DNA from: Mobula hypostoma
Lineage: Eukaryota
Assembly: GCF_963921235.1 (NCBI RefSeq)
Contig: NC_086097.1
Span: forward strand, 88,538,001 to 88,602,000
DNA length: 64,000 nucleotides
Direction: 5' to 3'
The notes under the pieces were generated by a model. The model worked only from the letters and a program-made list of their open reading frames with translations, made no database searches and had not been told where the DNA came from. This document shows, one piece after another, positions 37,070 to 51,080 of the stretch. The translations under genes and the position numbers were made by a program. How positions within the stretch are numbered: position 1 is the first letter of the stretch; each line of letters starts with the position of its first letter.

Positions 37070-37495
37070 TCTTTTGCTGTCTGGGTAGCCTCCAACCTGA
37101 TGGCTTGAATGTCAATTTCACCTTTGGTAAAAAATATTTCAATACTGCTCCCCCCCCCCCAACTTCTTCTATTCCCCACCCTGGTCTCTTACCTCTTTTC
37201 ACCTGCCTATCACCTCCTCCTGTGTCCCCTCCTCCTTCCCCTTCTCTGATGGTCCACTCCTCTCTCCTATCAGATTCCTTCCTCTCCAGCCCTTTATGTT
37301 TCCCACCCACCTGGCTTCACCTATCACCTTCTAGTTATCTTCCTTCCCCTTCCCACCATCTTTTTATCCTGGCAGCTTCCCCCTTCCTTTCCAGCCCTGA
37401 AGAAGGAAGGTGTCTCAGCCTGAAATGTCGACTGTTTATTCATTTCCGTAGATGCTGCCTGACCTGCTGAGTTCCTCCAGCATTTTCTATCTGTT
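37070..37495 (+). mobile_element. Penelope-like element 3' end: GIY-YIG C-terminus plus pLTR with hammerhead motif
   Basis: CLGSLQPDGLNVNF (LG.L.P.GLN motif), then cagcc CTGAAGA ... GAAA tgtc gactg (37392-37434) and agatgctgcctgacctgctgagttcctccagc. Confidence 0.8.
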
Positions 37496-40400
37496 GGTGT
37501 TGCGAGAAATTCACCCCCAGTACACTTGTTAACATTTCACTAATCAAAAGGAGCTCAAATATGATATTTGTGCATTCAAAATGACTTGCACTTCCGCCAA
37601 CGTCACATCAGCAACAGCATTTCACTTTATGAGATATTGATGAGGGAAGTGACGAGCATTATGTAAATTTGAACACTTGATAGGATCTAAAACACACAGC
37701 AATGAGCAATGAAACAGAAGGTAAAACTACGCAAATGTCAGTGCTTTCAGCTGATAAGTGTAACTATCTAGATTCATGACAGTGTTTCTATGATGCTGCT
37801 TACAATGACAGCAACCTGAATATGAACATCATCCAATACCACCTCAGTTCTCTATGTCCTTTTATTTGCTTTTCAATGGCTGATTAGTGGAGCTACATTT
37901 ACAAACCAGGCTTCCATGTGCTTAAGTATTTAAGGGTAATTTTAAGTGAAACAAACCATAGAAAGTGGACAGTTTTAGCTCAGATCAATTTTGCATCACA
38001 TCCATATCTTATGTTGATAATGGATAGGAGAATTAACACCACACTCAAATATTTATTTTAATGCTGTTCTCTAATGTGAGAAGCTTGGATTCACAGTTAC
38101 TAACAAATGTGATTGCATTGCGTGGAATAATTTACACAGTAAAATTTCAGTTCCAACATCTTGGTTAAATCCAATGTACTGTCAAAAAAATGAAGACTTT
38201 CACCTCTTCTTCAGCTGAAAAGATATCATGTGATCTAAGGTTGGGCAATTTCAACTCATCTACCAGTAAGCAGAGACACAACGTGTAATTGTATCCAAAA
38301 ATTGGGTCAGTAAACTCAGCCCTAGAGGAAGTGGGAAAACAAATTATTGTCAGCTCTGGAGAAGCTGTACCATATACCCTGTCATTTGATCAAAATATTT
38401 TACATTCCATTGTTGACAATCAAGTAAATAAACATCAAATCATAAATAAAAGAAAAGAATGATTTATCAAAGCCATGCATTTAACATTGACATGGGAAAT
38501 ATCAGGAGAGTTAGACTTCCGCTGGGTCTACAAAGTAGCATCTCTCTGATATTAGTCACAAAAAAGACAGAGCTGTGTGTTCATTCATTTATTGAAGCTG
38601 CAAGTATGTGAGAAGGTGATTTAAAGAGTACAGCATGTGCAGCTTTGATATAAGGACCAGCTTCACTGGAAGAATGACTAGAACTCATTCATTTCTCTTT
38701 ATTATCTGCTTACCTTTGATTCTGCTCTTGGCAGAGTTTGCACATCAGATCCTATTGATAGACCCTTTCTCTAAATCCAATAATGGAACATTTGGGACAG
38801 AAATAGGAGAAAGTCACTCAATCCTGGTGTTTAGGTGACAAAAAATAAAATTGTATCGAACCATCTGTGTTGTTCACAAGTGTTTTGAGCATCAAGATTA
38901 CTTAACTAATTTAAAAAATCTGGATAGTGCAATTAAATGGCTGTTATACTGGAAAACTATGGTGTTATTCAAAAGGTATATCCTGAGGAAAAATTGCACT
39001 GTTTATGATTTCAGCTGTTCAGATATAAATGTACATGATATAAATCGCATGCCTATTATTTGAATGTTACATTTTAAGCTTTCTCATTGAGATACCAGAT
39101 TGTTCATTGTTAAATTGAAGTCTGCATAGGGATTTGTTGAGGTTATTTTTTTCATACAAATTCATTTGAACTACATGTGAATTTTTACTTATTCGTTGTT
39201 AAGCATGATTGGCAATTAGTTGTGCGAAGCATTTCTTTAAAAAACAGAGCAGACCCTCTGTGCAGGTGACACATATGTACATGAAGACTGCTTGCGTGAA
39301 TTAATGTCAGTTCTGTTACACATTTGATTTTTGCAGGTGGTTCAGGCCTTGATCAAGTCTACAAGCCCAAGCTGCAGGCATGTTTAATATATCAATATTA
39401 AAGGGCCACCCCTATCTATGTTACTGCTGGAGATTACGAAGTGTCGATTTCCCTTAAGTTAACTTCATACTCATCATTTGTGATCAGCCCTGCAACTCTC
39501 TCCTACCTTTGCTGATATCCCCTGCCAATGTCCCTTCTTCTTCACAGCCCATTCCAATTTCCTCCCCTGCTGCTTACCTGGCACTGGGACGTGCAAGCTT
39601 TTACCTCTGATACAGAGTTTAGACCCGGAACATCAACAATACGTGTTAAAGTTGCTCAACCTGTTGAATTCCTTCAGCAGATTGTTTGTTGCAGAATTTT
39701 AATTCTTGCTTTTGTCTGCTGCTGGCTTTAATGCTGCTCAGTATTTCTTCAGCTGATATCTGGTTTCTTTAGTTGGTTTCTCCAGTCAAAAGTTAGTTCT
39801 TCACATGTGCTGTGCTGACATCCAGCCTAGAGAAGTCTTTCCTGCATCCATGATATTATTTGTTCTTGAAATATGGACATTGCCTTTGGCATAACGACTG
39901 GATCATTTTAGGGAACAGTAACATTCAACGGGGATGTAGATAGAACTCACATGTAAGGAAGACCAGAGGTAACAAGGTCCTTTCCCTAAATGGCTTTAAT
40001 GAAACAGTGGGAGTTTCACAGTGGTCTTTCAATGTTCATGTTTGCTTTTCTGGTGTTAGTCTACATTTCACTGAATGTATTGAATTCCTTTCACTGACTC
40101 AGTAATTGGATCTAACCTGATGTAAGTGATGTGACCCAGCATAGCCATCCTTTCCATACAGATCTTATTGATTTACAGGATATGAAGACGGGGGTAACAT
40201 TAATACTAGAGACTAACAGATAGGCAGAGCGAGAGTGGGAAATGATGATGTAACTTGATTTTACACTAAGCAAGTCCTGGATGGCAGGTTTGCTAATGGA
40301 GGATTCAAAATTAAACTCATTTATATCAGGCAAAAGACGCGTGAGGAAGTCAGTAATAACTGACATTGTGAAAAATCTAAGAACTGAGGATACTGGCAAC

Positions 40401-41005
40401 CTGAAACAGAAAATACTGGAAACACTGGATAGCAATGGAAAGAGAAATAGTGTTATTCAGGTCAAATAGTGTTTCAGATCAAAGACCCTTTTTTTCCAGA
40501 AAAGGGAAAGAGAGAAACAGGTTATTTTTAAGTTCGTATGAGAGTGTAGGAGAAAAAAATGGGGTAGAGGGAATATCTCTGAGAGGGTGAGGCTAGGGTA
40601 GTGATTGATAGGTTAACAAGAGGTTTAGAGAGGGAGAATAAAAGCATTGGTGTGCAACTACCAGAACCTCCTCAGCTGTTGTTAACAAGGTTTTGCACTG
40701 GCAAATAGAAGCAAGAAGCAAGGATACAATCAAAATTTGAGGTTAGGTAATATTCAGCATCCCTCCAAAATATACCTGATTGTATCAAAGTAAATTTGAC
40801 CTCTGACTTAATGCCTTTGTTTCTTAACAATGATGTACAATACATCTTCGTATGTCCGTTCACATCCTGCGACATTCTAAAGGAATTTACGATTATTGAA
40901 GTACATTTATGACATACTTCCAGTTATACTTGCCATGACAGGAGAAAAGCAAGTAATTTGTATGCAGAAAAAACCTACAAAGAGCATTGTGATAATGACA
41001 AGATA

Positions 41006-41545
41006 CACTAAGTGGTCACTTTTTAAAGTATAGGAGGCACCTAAATAAAGTGGCCACTGTGTGTGTGTTTGTGATCTTCTGCTGCTGTAGCCCATGTACT
41101 TCAGGGTTTTATGTGTGCATTCAGAGATGCTCTTTTGCACACCACTGTTCTAATGTATGATTATCTGAGTTACTGCCACCTTCCTGTCAGCTGTCTGTCC
41201 ATTCTCTTCTGACCTCTCTTATTAACATGCCATATTTTTCCAAGAACAGCTCTTCACTGAAAGTTTTTCTTTTGATTTTCACATCATTCTCTGTAAACTC
41301 TAGAGAATTCTGAGAAATCAGCAGTTTCTGAAATACTCAAACCTCCCAGTCTGCCACAAACAATCATACCACAGTCGAAGTCACTTCATCAAATTTCTTC
41401 CCCATCCTGATGTTTGGTCTGAACAGCAGTTTAATCTTTTGACCATGTCTGCATGGTTTCATGCATTGAGTTGCTGCCATATCATTGGTTGATTAGATAT
41501 TTGCCTTAATGAACAGTTGTACCTAATATAGTGGCCACTTTGGTG
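41006..41545 (-). mobile_element. Non-autonomous Tc1-derived element (third copy)
   Basis: TA-flanked TIRs cactaagtggtcacttt / tagtggccactttggtg; same internal sequence as 23867-24390. Confidence 0.8.
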
Positions 41546-42990
41546 TATATAGTAATGGTTGTGAAGAGATAAATTTTGGTTGACTGATAAATTTTAAATG
41601 GCATAGGGATTGGACCCCTGCTTCTCTTCAGAATCATGGATTTTTCTTCTGACTTAGAGGGCAAACAGAACTTCATTTTAATACCCACCCCATCAAAAAG
41701 ACAGGGCCGATGACGGAGAAGCACTCTCTCACTAGTGCACAGTTGGCACAATTTATAAACACAAGTCTCTTTGGTGGGGGGTAGGGGGGGAGACTAGAAA
41801 CCATAAATTTTGACTCAGAGACAAAGGAGTGTTATCTCTTGAGGTATAACTAATGTTACTGATATGGGCAAACTCTGCAAATCCACTAATTCATTCACTT
41901 GGAATGGAAATTTAACTAGAGTAAGAATGCAAATTCAATTCAGGAAGGGTTATATCATAACAAAAATTATTTTCCTTAGGTTAGTGCATTTTATTGTCTA
42001 ATGTGGAATCCAATTTTACTTGCTATTTAAGTAGCCCTTTGATTTAATTAACTGTAAAAACAAGCCAGCAAGATCACTGCTTGGGGGTTCTAGCTGAAGA
42101 GGTGATAGTTGTATATTTAATATTTCAGTAATGTTTGAGTAATCTTGTGTGTATATATATTGGTTGATTAAGCATTTTTGCTCCTTTAAATAATTCATTA
42201 TGGGTTATATGTGAGTTACATATATGAATTGCATAGGTCTTCACAGTACCATGTGATGTGTGCATACCTCGCTTAAAGTAAAAACTTAAGTTAGATTCAC
42301 ATTTCAGACTCCATGTCTTCCTTTTAACCAGTTTAATGCTTTGAAGTTACAAAACATAACATTGGAGACAAGATATTTTTAAAACAAACCCAAGATGACT
42401 GCTATTCAAGTTAAAAGAAAGCAGCACAGTATGTTTTTATTTAGATGGAAAGACAAAACTGAGTTTTTTAAAAATAGGCAGAAAATGGAAGAACTCACAG
42501 GTTCATAAAGAGTGAGTACAAGATGATAATAATCATTTAAAAAAAACAGCAGACATGGCTGGCTACCTCAGAAAGATAGACATGTTCGATTGCTCAACAG
42601 GTAACAGGCTCATGTATACTGAGCAAAATGAACTGTATTTTAAAGCAAATGGAATAGCCAATGAAGCAAGTACCAATTTTGCTGAGTGCGTTGGGTTTAG
42701 AGGTGTGCAGTTTGCTTCACAGTTTAAATGCTCCAACCAAACCAGCCGAAATGAGTTATGCTAATATCATGAACGTAATGCAGGAACATTTAGGACCAAA
42801 ACCATTGTTGATTTCAGAACGTGTTAGGTTTCATAAGTGAAATTAAAAAGAAGGGGAGTCCATTTCAGCATATGTGGCTGAATAGAAGATCTGCGTGAGA
42901 ACATGGTCAAAGAGTCAGAGGGGAGCAGTAGAGGGTTTGAGCAGTGAGAGGATTTGAACTTCTTTAGGGTAGGCATTTCTGGACAAAGAG

Positions 42991-44300
42991 GAGAAAATCA
43001 GCAGATGCTGAAAATCCAAGCAACATACACAAAATGCTGGAGGAAATCAGCAGGCCAGGCAGCATCTATGGAAAAGAATAAATAGTCGATGTTTCAGGCC
43101 AAGACCCTTCATCAGGAAGAAAGATGAGAAGTTAAAGCAAGAATATCTGGTGTTCGTGATAGGATGAAAAACTGGGCTGAGAAATGGCAGATGGAGTTCA
43201 ACCCAGATAAGTGTGAGGTGGTTCATCTTGGTAGTGTGGAGGATCAGAGGGGTCTTGGGGTCTTAGTCCATAAGACACTCAAAGCTGCTGTACAGGTTGA
43301 TTTTGTGGTTAGGAAGGCATATGGTGCATTGGCCTTCATCAATCGTGGGATTGAGTTTAAGAGTTGAGAGGTAATGTTGCAGCTATATAGGACCCTGATC
43401 AGACCCCACTTGGAGTACTGTGCTCATTTCTGGTCGTCTCACTACAAGAAGGATATGGAAACCATAGAAAAGGTGCAGAGGAGATCTAGAAGGATGTTGC
43501 CTGGGTTGGGGAGCATGCCTTATGAAGACAGGTTGAGTGAACTCGGCCTTTTCTCCTTGGAGCAATGGAGGATGAGAGGTGACCTGATAGAGGTGTATAA
43601 GATAATGAGAGGTATTGCTCGTGTGGATAATCAGAGGCTTTTTCCCAAGGCTGAAATGGCTAGCATGAGAGGGCACAGTTTTAAGGTGCTTGGAAGTAGG
43701 TACAGAGGAGATATCAGGGGTAAGTTTTTTATGCAGAAAGTGGTGAGTGCATGGAATGGGCTGCCAGCGACGGTGGTGGAGTCAGATACAATAGCGTCTT
43801 TTAAGAGACTCCTGGACATGTACATAGAGCTCAGAAAAATAGAGGGCTATGAGTAACCCTAGGTAATTTCTAAGGTAAGGACATGTTCAGCACAGCTTTG
43901 TGGGCCGAAGGGCCTGTATTGTGTTGTAGGTTTTCTTTCTTTCTAATATGAGGGGAGGGGAGGAAGAAGTACAAGGTAGTAGGCGACTCTTCAACTGTGT
44001 GCTCACCCAGACCTGCTACCACAGCCAGGTCTCCTTCCTGGGAACATATCTTCACTGCCATCTTATGCCACATAGCTTCCAAGTCAATTTTCAAGTACCT
44101 ATCACCTACCACCTTGTACTTCTTCCTCCCCTCTCCCACCTTCTTTCTCTAACTTCTCATTGATTTTTCTGATCCTGATGAAGGGTCTCAGCCTGACACA
44201 TCAACTGTTTACTCTTTCCCATAGATGCTGCCTGGCCTGCTGAGTCCCTGCAGCATTTTATGTGTGTTGCTCGGATTTCCAGCATCTGCAGATTTTCTCT
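42991..44300. mobile_element. Penelope-like fragments in inverted arrangement inside Gypsy gag, themselves split by a CR1
   Basis: Minus pLTR 42991-43145 (hammerhead core 43084-43117) and plus pLTR about 44090-44300 (core 44171-44206, GAAA mutated to GACA). Confidence 0.7.
43150..43940 (+). mobile_element. CR1 3' fragment (RT C-terminus plus tail)
   Basis: WAEKWQMEFNPDKCEVVHLG; MLQLYRTLIRPHLEYC..; RMRGDLIEVYKIMRG; gggccgaagggcctgtattgtgttgtagg tail. Confidence 0.9.
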
Positions 44301-47300
44301 TCATTGTCAGTTCAATGATGGCCTTAATGGTGTACTGAGAGATCATTTGGTTGTGGAATCTTACAAGAAAGTTTTCAAAAGCATCTTCTAACTGAAGCAC
44401 AACTTACACTTAAAAGAGCAGTTGAAATCACTGTTTGAACAGAAACTGCAGACAGAGACATAATGGAGTTATAGTCAGTCAGGAATGAAAGTAAGTGTCA
44501 ACAAAATAATGTTTGTGGCAGGGGCTCACATTCACTGTGCCAAAGTAGATTTAAAGGTGAAACTTGCAGAAAAAGCAACAAAGTAGGACACATGCAAAAA
44601 GCATGTCAGGCAGACAAAAATAAATGGACTGCACAAGGAAGAGAAAAAGATTTTAAAAAGTTCAAGTTTCAAAAAGAGCACTAATCTGCATGCTGTTGAT
44701 GAAAAACCTGATAATGATGAGAGTGACACAGGACTGAGTGGCCTTGAGATTTACAATGTGAAAATTGATAATAGACAAGCTTATGTCACAAGTGAAAGGC
44801 AAATTAATTAAAATGGAATTGGAGGCTGGCTTGGCTGTTTCAGTTATTCCACAAAATGAGTCTGAACAACATTTCAAATATACTGAACTGAAGCCTCCAG
44901 ATATCCAACTAAGAACTTATACCGGAGGAAGGATAACTCCTGTGAGAATGAGTTTCTTGACAGTGAAATACAACAACTAACATGAGCTTGTATGCGGTAA
45001 AAACAGGAGGATCAACATTATGGGGTGTGACTGGCAGAGACAACTACAACTTGATTGGAGAGTCCATCCACCACTTGCATGCCACATCTCCTGTAATAAC
45101 GTCAACTGTAAGCAAATTAAGAAAGGTACTGGATGATGTCAGAGCAGCGTTCAAGGATGGCATTGGAAAACTCAAACATATCAAGGGTAAAATAGTGTTA
45201 AATGAAAATGCCACACCCAAGTATTACAATGCCCACCCAGTTCCTTATATCATTCCTGATAAAGTAGCCAGTGAGCTAGATCACATGAAGGCAGAATGAG
45301 TTCTTTCAGAGATTGAGTGGAGGTCATTGACAACACCAGTGTCCCCAGTAGCCAAGAAGAATGGGTCTGTGAGAATCTGTAGTGATTTTAATGTCACCAT
45401 GAACTCTATTGAAAGTAGGTCAATACCTTCTGCCCAGGTTAGAGGATATCTTTGCAAACCTTTCTGGGTGAGAACACTTCAGCAAAGTAGACTTAACTGA
45501 GGCCTATCTATAATTGGAAATAAAAGAGTCCAAAGTGATTCTCACCAAAAGCACTCACAAAGGGCTTTATTACTATAATAGGCTGATTTTTGGAGTAGTA
45601 TCCACACCTGCACTCCAGCAGAAACCTATGGACCAGGTGGTGCAAGGCTTCTCAGGCACTCAGTGTTACCTGGATAGCATCATTAGTACTGGTAAAGTTG
45701 ATAAGGAACATCTCCAAAATATCAAGATGATGTTGTGAATTTCTTAATCCAAGCATCGCTTACTATGGTCACCCTGTGATGCACAATGATTACACAAGTG
45801 TGCTGAGAAAATTTGAGCAGTGGTGGATACTCCAAGGATGGTTCACAGTTGTGCTCCTTTTTAGGATTTGTCAATTACTATGACAGGTTCCTACCAAACC
45901 TGGTGACTGTGCTCCATCTCTTGAAATCATGACTGCAGATTGGGAAGAAATGGCAATGGACAAAGCATTCTGAGGTGTCTTTCAAAAAGGTAAGGAAATG
46001 GTGATGTCAGATGCTTTAGTCACACCATCCGGTGAAACTTGCCTGTGATGCCTCACCTTATGGTATGGGTGCAGTCATGTCACATGTTCTGAGTGATGGA
46101 AGTGAATGCCCCAGAGCCTTTGCATCACGTTCCCTTACTGCTGCAAAGAAAAATTACACACAGATTGACAGAGAGGCTTTGACTCTAGTTTGGGGTGTAA
46201 AACTCTTTTACCAGTACTTGTGTGGGAGAGAGTTTACCCTCGTTACTGATCATAGCCACTAGTGTCCATTTTCAATCCACAGAAGTGTGTTCCACTAACA
46301 GCAGTAGCATCATTGCAGAGATGGGCTCTGTTTCTTGGATGACACAATTACAAGACTGAATTCAAGAGGATGAATTATCATGGAACTGCTGATGGATTGT
46401 CCTATTTACCCTTGGAAAAGGAAATATCAGAAATATTTACCAAAAGATATACTCCGCTTGATGTATTTTCCCTAACGCAAATTGAAAGTCCCCCTATTAC
46501 ATCATAGAAGATCCAAAAGAAAACCAGAAAAGACTCCACACTGTCTCAGGTCTACATGGCAACCCAAAATGGATGGAATGTGTTCCAGAAATTCCAGTTT
46601 CCCCATTCTTCCCATTCTTAACAGCACCGAGATAAATTTGTCCTTGATGGAAGTTGCGTAACATGGGGATTGAGAGTTGTTGTACCACCCAAGCTGAGAG
46701 CTAAAGTGTTGGAGCAGCTACATGCTGACGTGGTCAAAATGAGAGCGTTGGCTCAAAGCTTTGTCTGGTGGCCTGGGATAGATCAACAGATTGAGTAGCT
46801 TGTCACGCACCGTACAGGATGCCGGCACATCTCGAAGATGCCAAGAGTAGCGCCTCGCCATCCCTGGGAATGCCATGCATTGCCCTGGCAGAGTATTCAT
46901 GTGGCTGTTGCTGGACTGTTCATAGGCACAAATTTCTTGTTAGTAGTGGGTGCAGTTACAAAGTGGCCAGAAGTATTTCCAACAGCCTGACATGCTATTG
47001 ATGTGTTGAGAAGCCTCTTTGCATTGACTGGTGTTCCAGAACACTTAGTCAGTGACAATGGACCACAGCATGTAGTGGAACAACTTCTGTCATTCCTAAA
47101 ACTGAATGGAATAAGACATATTACATCTGCACCGTACCCCAGTTACAAATGGCTTGGTGGAAAGGTTTGTTCAAAGTCTAGGAATGCATAGTGAGCAATG
47201 TCAGCAGAATGCAGCACACTGACACCGAATCACAGTTCGCCAATATTCTGCTTGCCTATTGTAATGAGGCACACACCAAAACCAACAACTCACAAGCTGT

Positions 47301-49829
47301 GCTGTTCCTGGGCCATCCCTTGCGTTCACACTTGGATCTCCTCAATCTTTGTCTTGGAGGGAGTGTGCAGGAAAAACAGCTGAGGCAAAATTGAAGGTTC
47401 CTCAAACAAGGAGTTATCACTCTTGGATGGCACATCAATCAGTTGAGGAAAGCAAAGTCAACTGTTAGAGAAGAAAGCAGGCTACCACTGACAGAACCAC
47501 TTCCTACAGTCTCAGAATAAACTCTTACAGCCACCATGGAGGAGGCCCTAGAACCTGAGATTGTTTCACAGGCACAAATCTTACCTGCCAAGCAGAGTGA
47601 TTCCCCTTGTCAGGAAAGATGTTATCCCACAAGAGTGATTAAATCTTTAGGCTTAAATGGGACAATTTAAGATTTACTATGCTGTGGATATTTGTTTATA
47701 GTAGTTGCATCATATAATACACTGTATAGTTGAGACACATTCTCTATTGAGCTGCAGTTTGTAGCTCAATGGGGAGGAATGCTATGTAATTTAATATTTC
47801 AGTAATATTTGAGCAATCTTGTATATAGGTTGATTAAGCATTCTTCATTTAAGTAGTTCATTATGGTGTGTGTGTATATATATAATGTGTGTGTGTGTGA
47901 AGACAGAGATGGAAAAAGAGAGGGGAGAAAGAGAGGAAGAAGGGGTGAGGGAGAATATTCCTGTAAGATGCCACCAGCTTCAGTGTTAGAAAAAGAGTTG
48001 GGGAAAAAGAGAGAAGCAGATATTGCAAGGAAGAAAAAAATATCCCGGAGATCCTATTGAGCAGAATGGGATAAACCTGGTGGAATAGGTGCAAAGACAT
48101 GAGAGAAAGATCCTTTTTTCTTGATATGGTGTTCTGCTGCAGTAGCAAACACACTTCCTCTGTTTTGTTTTAGTACTGATCTTCTTTTCCCTCTTAGAAC
48201 TATTTTCCACCTTATATGTCAAAACACCAATGCCCCTCCTCTGCTCTCCTCCTTCCATCCAACTGAGGCTTCTGGTCCTCCATAGCTTGGACCTTAGCCC
48301 CGGTTCTTGGTCTGTCTCTCTCATACTTGGCAGGAACTTAAACCCTGCCTTTCTCCTCCCCGTTGCCCTTTTCAGCCGAGTACATGGTCATCTACTCAAT
48401 GGCGCCCACCTATCATAAGATGGAGACTGATTAAATCGATGTAGATAAAGGACGGGGGGGACAAGAACAATGCAGAATTTCATAGACAGAAAAGGTGAGA
48501 AATGGATTTTTAGAGAGAGAGGAGTAGAGAGAACAGTAGAAATTGTTTAAGAAACAAAGAAAAAGAGAGAGAAAATGCAAACAAGCAGAGGCACTGCTAT
48601 TGGAAGAGATGTACGTTAATTCTGACTGTGAGAAATTACACATGGGACAATTGGATGCTCTTTCTGACCTCTGCCGAACAGCTCTTTACTCTGCAGTTTA
48701 GGAAGTAAATAAATCATTTGAAGAGTTTGTTGTACTATAATCACTGATGCAATTTCTACTGCATTTATATTTAAATTCTATAATCTTAATAGGTCTGTAA
48801 TATTCAACACAAGCGACACACTGATGTATAATATGTAATAACTTGATGCCCCATTAAATCACGGCAGTTCATTGCACAATCCAAAACAACACTTGAAAGC
48901 CGTGATTAGATCAGCTCCCCCTGTTAGGTTGAAAGGCTGTTAGATAGAAGTGTGTTTTGCTCAGTGTCACTGCTGTTACAGAGCTGCCTATCAGGTTGAA
49001 ATCAAATTTGGAAAATTAACTATCCATCCAAATAGCTTTAATGGTTATTGTCTGAGCTAGTGTGATTTATGAAAGGAATAAACTGATAGTAAATCAGACA
49101 CAGAATATCCTGAGTGTTGCTTGTGTCGAGTAAACGTCTCAGCACCCGTTCGTATTGAATAACTTCTCTGAATGTGTACATGGTTAGACTGCATCCTTTT
49201 GAAGTGGAGCAGGCAACACCTAGGATTTGCAAGGCATGCTGAGTACAGAAGGCTACAGACCAATTGCTGGTAAATAGGATGAATATAGATAGTTGCTTGA
49301 TGGTCTGTATAGGTATGGTGGACTGACAGTCTGTCTCTGCCATTCATAACTTTACAACTGTAAGCCTGGATTTCGAGTTCTCATTCGTTATCATTTTTGA
49401 GTCCTGGTTCAGTACTGAAGTTTGAAAGTCACTCAGAGGTCCAGATTGAAGCCTGAAGGTCAATTAGAAGTTAAGGTCCAATGGCCAGATCCTGAGCCTG
49501 AAAATCTCTTCAGACTACTGGGGAAATGAAAGGCCAAATATCTGCGCATCCACCAGTCAAGTGGAGGCTGGAGTCCAAAGAAGGTGACCTGTCCTGGTGT
49601 TAGGGGACTGTGTATGTTCATGGATGAATGGTTGGGAGGGGGGCACAGTGCTTGTTTTGAAGTTGTTGCTTTGTCGCTTGGTCTATGCTGCTTTGTTGTG
49701 TTCTGTGCATTGTGGGCATGCTATGTTGGTGCCAGGATGTGTAGGGACCCTTGCGGGCTGCCCCCAGCACATCTTTTGGTGTGTTGGTTGTAAACCCAAA
49801 TGATACATTTCACTCTATGTTTCACTGTA

Positions 49830-50269
49830 TAAGAGCAAGAGAGAGAGCGAGCAAGAAAGCGAGAGAGAGTGCTTGAGAGCGCGCGAGCGACCACGAGAGA
49901 GAGACAGAGCGCGCGCGAGCGAGAGCACGCCATGGCAGAGTGTTCCAAAAAAATATAAAACGTACGTCACCCCAGACTACACTAAAGGGTGCCCCTGCCT
50001 AATAGGGGTCAAAATAATGACAGTGTTGCTCGCTGCACTGTTTGCAACAGTGACTTTTCTATTGCCCATGGTGGATTAAGACTGTAAAAGACATGTTGAG
50101 GTAAGTTTAACAGGTGTCATTCGTTCATTAGCATAGCTAACGTTATTTAAACTAGCTGGTCGGCTGCTAAGGAGCTACTCTATTGCAGACATCTCACCTC
50201 TCCCGGAAGTCTCCCGCAAATTGATGGTGCTACCTCCCTGAAATGAGTTTTTGCAGGGTGGGATGTCTG
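49830..50269. mobile_element. CpG-rich DNA transposon end fragment, probably hAT-like
   Basis: 13-bp inverted repeat cagacatctcacc (50186-50198) / ggtgggatgtctg (50257-50269); (GA/GC)n tract; tagcatagctaacgtta motifs. Confidence 0.45.
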
Positions 50270-50979
50270 AGAATGATTGCTTGAACTCATCAGCAGTCTT
50301 CTCAATTCAGGTTTCAAGTTCAAGATTATTGGCATGGGCATCCATGCCTGGAGTGTAAATTCCAGGAAATGTAGCTTTTTACAGCAGTAGCACAGTACAT
50401 TACAAATCTGACAAATGTAAATTTAAATTAACATCAATTATTCACAATCTCTATCAGATTGTGTGTGGAATCATTGCATTCATTGTAAGTAAATCACTCA
50501 TCAACTGAAGAATTCAGAATAAGAGTAGGCCATTCAGCCCCTTAAACCTGCTCTACCATTTAGCAAGATCATGACTGATTTTTTACCTCATACACTCTGT
50601 CTTATCCCTATATCCCTGGATCCTTCTAACATCCAAAAATCTATCAATCCCATTTCTCACTGCAATCAGTAACTGAGCTTTATTCCAGGGTGGAAAATAC
50701 GAAAGATTCAATCTGTTTTGAGTAAACGAACTTCTCCTTACTTAAATCCTGAGCAGTCTACTCATCATTTTGAAATGACTTACACTTGACTGAGCAACTC
50801 AGCCAGGAGAATCATCCTTCTCCATTGACCCAGTCAAGTTCACTGAGTATTCTGAAGATTTTCAACGGAATTACCTTTTATTCTTCCAAACTCTAGAAAA
50901 AAAGTCTTGGCCTACTCAACTTCTCTTGTGACAGATCACCACCATCCCAGAAATTGGCCAGGTCCATCTCCCTCTATAG

Positions 50980-51057
50980 CAGGAGTTCCAATCTGGGATT
51001 CATTGACCCATCAGTTAATGGTAAGGCTCCATGGCATAAAAAGGTTGGGAGCCCCTG
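50980..51057. mobile_element. 78-bp hAT (Charlie/MER5-like) MITE
   Basis: Exact 8-bp TSD CTCTATAG (50972-50979, 51058-51065); TIRs caggagttccaatct / aggttgggagcccctg. Confidence 0.85.
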
Positions 51058-51080
51058 CTCTATAGCACATATATCCTTTT

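Larger units (their letters stand above)
42107..47890 (+). mobile_element. Decayed Gypsy/Ty3 LTR retrotransposon
   Basis: 5' LTR about 42107-42361 ending taaca; PBS-like ttggagacaag; gag MAGYLRKIDMFD..ELYFKANGI; protease IKMELEAGLAVSVI; RT THKGLYYYNRLIFGV..CYLDSI; RNase H LACDASPYGMGAV..YTQIDREAL; integrase LRSLFALTGVPEHLVSDNGPQ; PPT ggggaggaa (47771-47779); partial 3' LTR from 47780. Confidence 0.92.

Noticed and set aside
39320..39400. Possible next RGS6 exon after ttttgcag
   Set aside because: Translation does not resemble the expected GTDIVQWL..NL.IED and there is no good donor
47890..48600. Purine-rich and pyrimidine-rich ORFs downstream of the Gypsy LTR
   Set aside because: Low-complexity sequence with no domain similarity that I can recognise
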